Shown: piece by piece, positions 61,736 through 64,000 of the stretch
Layout: every line of letters starts with the position of its first letter
How positions within the stretch are numbered: the stretch's first letter is position 1
Position numbers and translations under genes: made by a program
The notes under the pieces: generated by a model
Databases searched by the model: none
Seen by the model: the letters and a program-made list of their open reading frames with translations, nothing else
What the model was told of the DNA's origin: nothing
Assembly: GCF_902652985.1 (NCBI RefSeq)
Contig: NC_047016.1
Location: 7,130,001 to 7,194,000, forward strand
Reading direction: 5' to 3'
DNA from: Pecten maximus
Lineage: Eukaryota
DNA: 64,000 nt

Positions 61736-62051
61736 AACAGCAACTTAAATCTTGTAGGTGGTTTGACGGCTAATGTGGGTCATCGTACCACGCCAACACA
61801 CCTATGATGAAGTGAGGTGTGTTGTGACGACGTGATATTTGCATGACAGGACCACATCATATCAATTCCACTTTGCAAGATATCAGTATACGATAACACT
61901 TTAATAAAACGCTAAATTCTAAGGCAATGATAAAAAAAGAAGAAAGAAAACAATAAAACTTATTTTATAAGAAAACGCCAACAACAATGACAACACAATC
62001 TACCTTAAATGAGAAATGCTGTAGAGTTGTACCAATGTAGGTTCCGTGATT

Positions 62052-62244
62052 ATGGCATCACAGCACAATATATCTGTCAGGAAGTGGATTGTCCTTGCGG
62101 CTTGTTTCTTTAACATGCTGTTCTGTGCCGGATTTCCTTTCAACATGTCGGTGTTGAACGTGGAGTTGCTTCGTGTTTTTGCAGAAAGTAAAGCACAAAC
62201 GGCCCTTGTACAGTCCGTTACAACCGGAACCTTGAATATTGCAG
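62052..62244 (+). CDS. First coding exon of a monocarboxylate transporter (SLC16/MFS family); rest not found in the window
   Basis: MASQHNISVRKWIVLAACFFNMLFCAGFPFNMSVLNVELLRVFAESKAQTALVQSVTTGTLNIA(G) matches SLC16 TM1-TM2 (W.V..A.F....G....V....L..F..S...T..V.S); acceptor at 62040 and phase-1 donor G|GTGAGT at 62245. Confidence 0.8.
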
Positions 62245-63753
62245 GTGAGTTATTTTGAATGGAAAGGTTTTGTATTATCTAACGACCTTTCAACAGCAAA
62301 GGTCATCCTCTGTTATGTGCAAGATAAATTTATGTGGTGAGTGTGAGTGTTTTCGGAGGCTGCGATACATTCGTGTTTGTCTACTTATGGTAGCGAAAAA
62401 TTTATGCCGACTTTATAGTGATATCTCAATGAAGCATACTGCCGAAGACATCCAGCAGGCAACCCCGCCCAATCACAGTACACTGACCATGGGCGAGCAA
62501 TCATTCACAATTCATAAAAATTAATGTGCGTAACAAGTGACATTTGTGCATACTTTGGTATGTCTAAGCCATGGATATGAAGAATAGATTACAAAAAGGA
62601 AGAGAAGAGAAAAGAGTAATTTATGAAAAAAACCTGAAATGTAATCAATGTGTTTCCGAAAGGAATATTACTGCCAGCACATTTTGTGACAAGTGCAATA
62701 ACACAGTATATACAAGTGAGTAAATTTGAGTCAGTTATACATCATGTATGGTATGTTTTCATTGAAATGGCATGAGTCAATATATAAATGAGAGAAAATG
62801 TATATAGTGCATAATACCTATCCCGTCTCATATCATAATTAATAAATCATACAGTGATAACACATTACCAATTTTGATCCGTATGTGAAGCCTTATTTTA
62901 AATCAATGATACAAAAAGAAGATAACTTAAGCGACTATCATCTATTTATCTCCACGATTTAGCCATCGAATTATCATCTCTTGATACTGATAAAAAGTTT
63001 AACAGCATTAGAAAACTCTCCAGTATACACATTCACGACTTAAAGATTCGCTTTCCTTAGCCCTTCTATAAACCAGTTAAAAACTCGCCTTTCCTGAACC
63101 ATCTACAAACCGCTTACAGACTCGTCTTTATTAACAAGGGTTTATGTAGTTGGCCTTGGATGTCCAGTAAAACGCATAGCCTTGGCTATTGCATGAACGA
63201 AAAACCTTTCACAAAGTGGAAGAAATGAACATTAACAATATGAAATCTATTTGAAGCTTAGCATATAGCTCATTGATAGGACGCCTGTACATGGTATGAG
63301 TAAAGAGAGTCTGCAGTGTCCTAGATTTCGGTAGGGTATATGCGATCGATACGGTCCAATTCGTTTTGTTTTTTGTTTTTTGGCTCTGGAAAAAAGCAAC
63401 ACCTCAGCATTGTATTCAAATATTAAATTAGAGGACACAGTCTTCATGTTTAATATGTCGTCGTCACAACAGTTATCATCTTCCGAACATGATGCTACCT
63501 TCATTTTACCTGTATCTATATCATTGTTGTCACCGAAGAATCAGAGTACGTCTGTCCTCGTTTTGTCGATCCGGACTTCCGTTTGCTCTTATTTGCCATT
63601 TATAACATGCCATTGTTTATCAAACTCAATATCTGAATTCAAACCTGCCGACATCATTGACATTATATGGTTGTTTTTTTGATATTGAAAGGGTTAAGTC
63701 ATGACGATCATGTATCTACCGTGTTATATAGTACCATGTCACAATACGATATA

Positions 63754-63939
63754 CGAGGGACTGATCAATAAGGTGTTAGCCTCGTATTGAAGGATTATAA
63801 TTTTGCCGGACATATTGCATTAATTTTCAACACAATCCTCATCAGTATGTATACGTTTTTGCCAGCGGTGTTTAAGGGCCTCTGTGCCACTTTTATACCA
63901 CTCCTTTTCTCGGCTGTTCAGAAAGTCATACACTGCATG
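63754..63939 (-). mobile_element. 3' end of a mariner transposon
   Basis: TA|CGAGGG terminus at 63752-63759. The minus strand encodes HAVYDFLNSREKEWYKSGTEALKHRWQKRIHTDEDCVEN*, matching the mariner transposase C-terminus (F..GI..L..RW.KCI...G.Y.E). Confidence 0.8.
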
Positions 63940-63963
63940 TTAGGGTTAGGGTTAGGGTTAGAG
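63940..63963 (+). repeat. Short interstitial telomeric repeat (TTAGGG)3 + TTAGAG
   Basis: Visible directly, joined to the mariner truncation point. Confidence 0.85.
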
Positions 63964-64000
63964 TAAGGATGCCTAAAATAACTGTTTTCAGTTTTGGAAA

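Noticed and set aside
63247-63682. ORFs on both strands near the window end
   Set aside because: No match to the expected SLC16 exon 2 or any family I recognise; possibly transposon debris.

Overview
AT-rich eukaryotic (metazoan) genomic DNA with spliceosomal introns. The repeat families and gene content point to a bivalve mollusc, possibly a scallop (inference). Genes assembled by hand from splice sites: a complete Rab14 (minus strand, 8 coding exons, 214 aa); a PAN/Apple-Sushi-ApeC apextrin-like gene (minus, 7 exons, about 367 aa) with two possible lesions; a complete CFAP157-like gene (plus, 10 exons, about 577 aa); a disrupted ubiquitin-like + RBR E3 ligase gene ending in CaaX (minus); the first coding exon of an SLC16/MCT transporter (plus); and a weak TNF-receptor-like relic. 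Mobile DNA: nested Helentron-type HINEs, a decayed CR1-group LINE plus fragments, an IS3EU-like MITE, a 9-bp-TSD foldback MITE, a TA-TSD MITE, a probable Gypsy LTR, and Hero, CACTA/EnSpm and mariner remnants; the mariner is capped by TTAGGG repeats. The most striking unexplained pattern is that most large intronic minisatellites start exactly at a splice site, and several have units traceable to the exon-intron junction. All long repetitive ORFs in the ORF track are by-products of these minisatellites. No CRISPR array or RNA gene was found.
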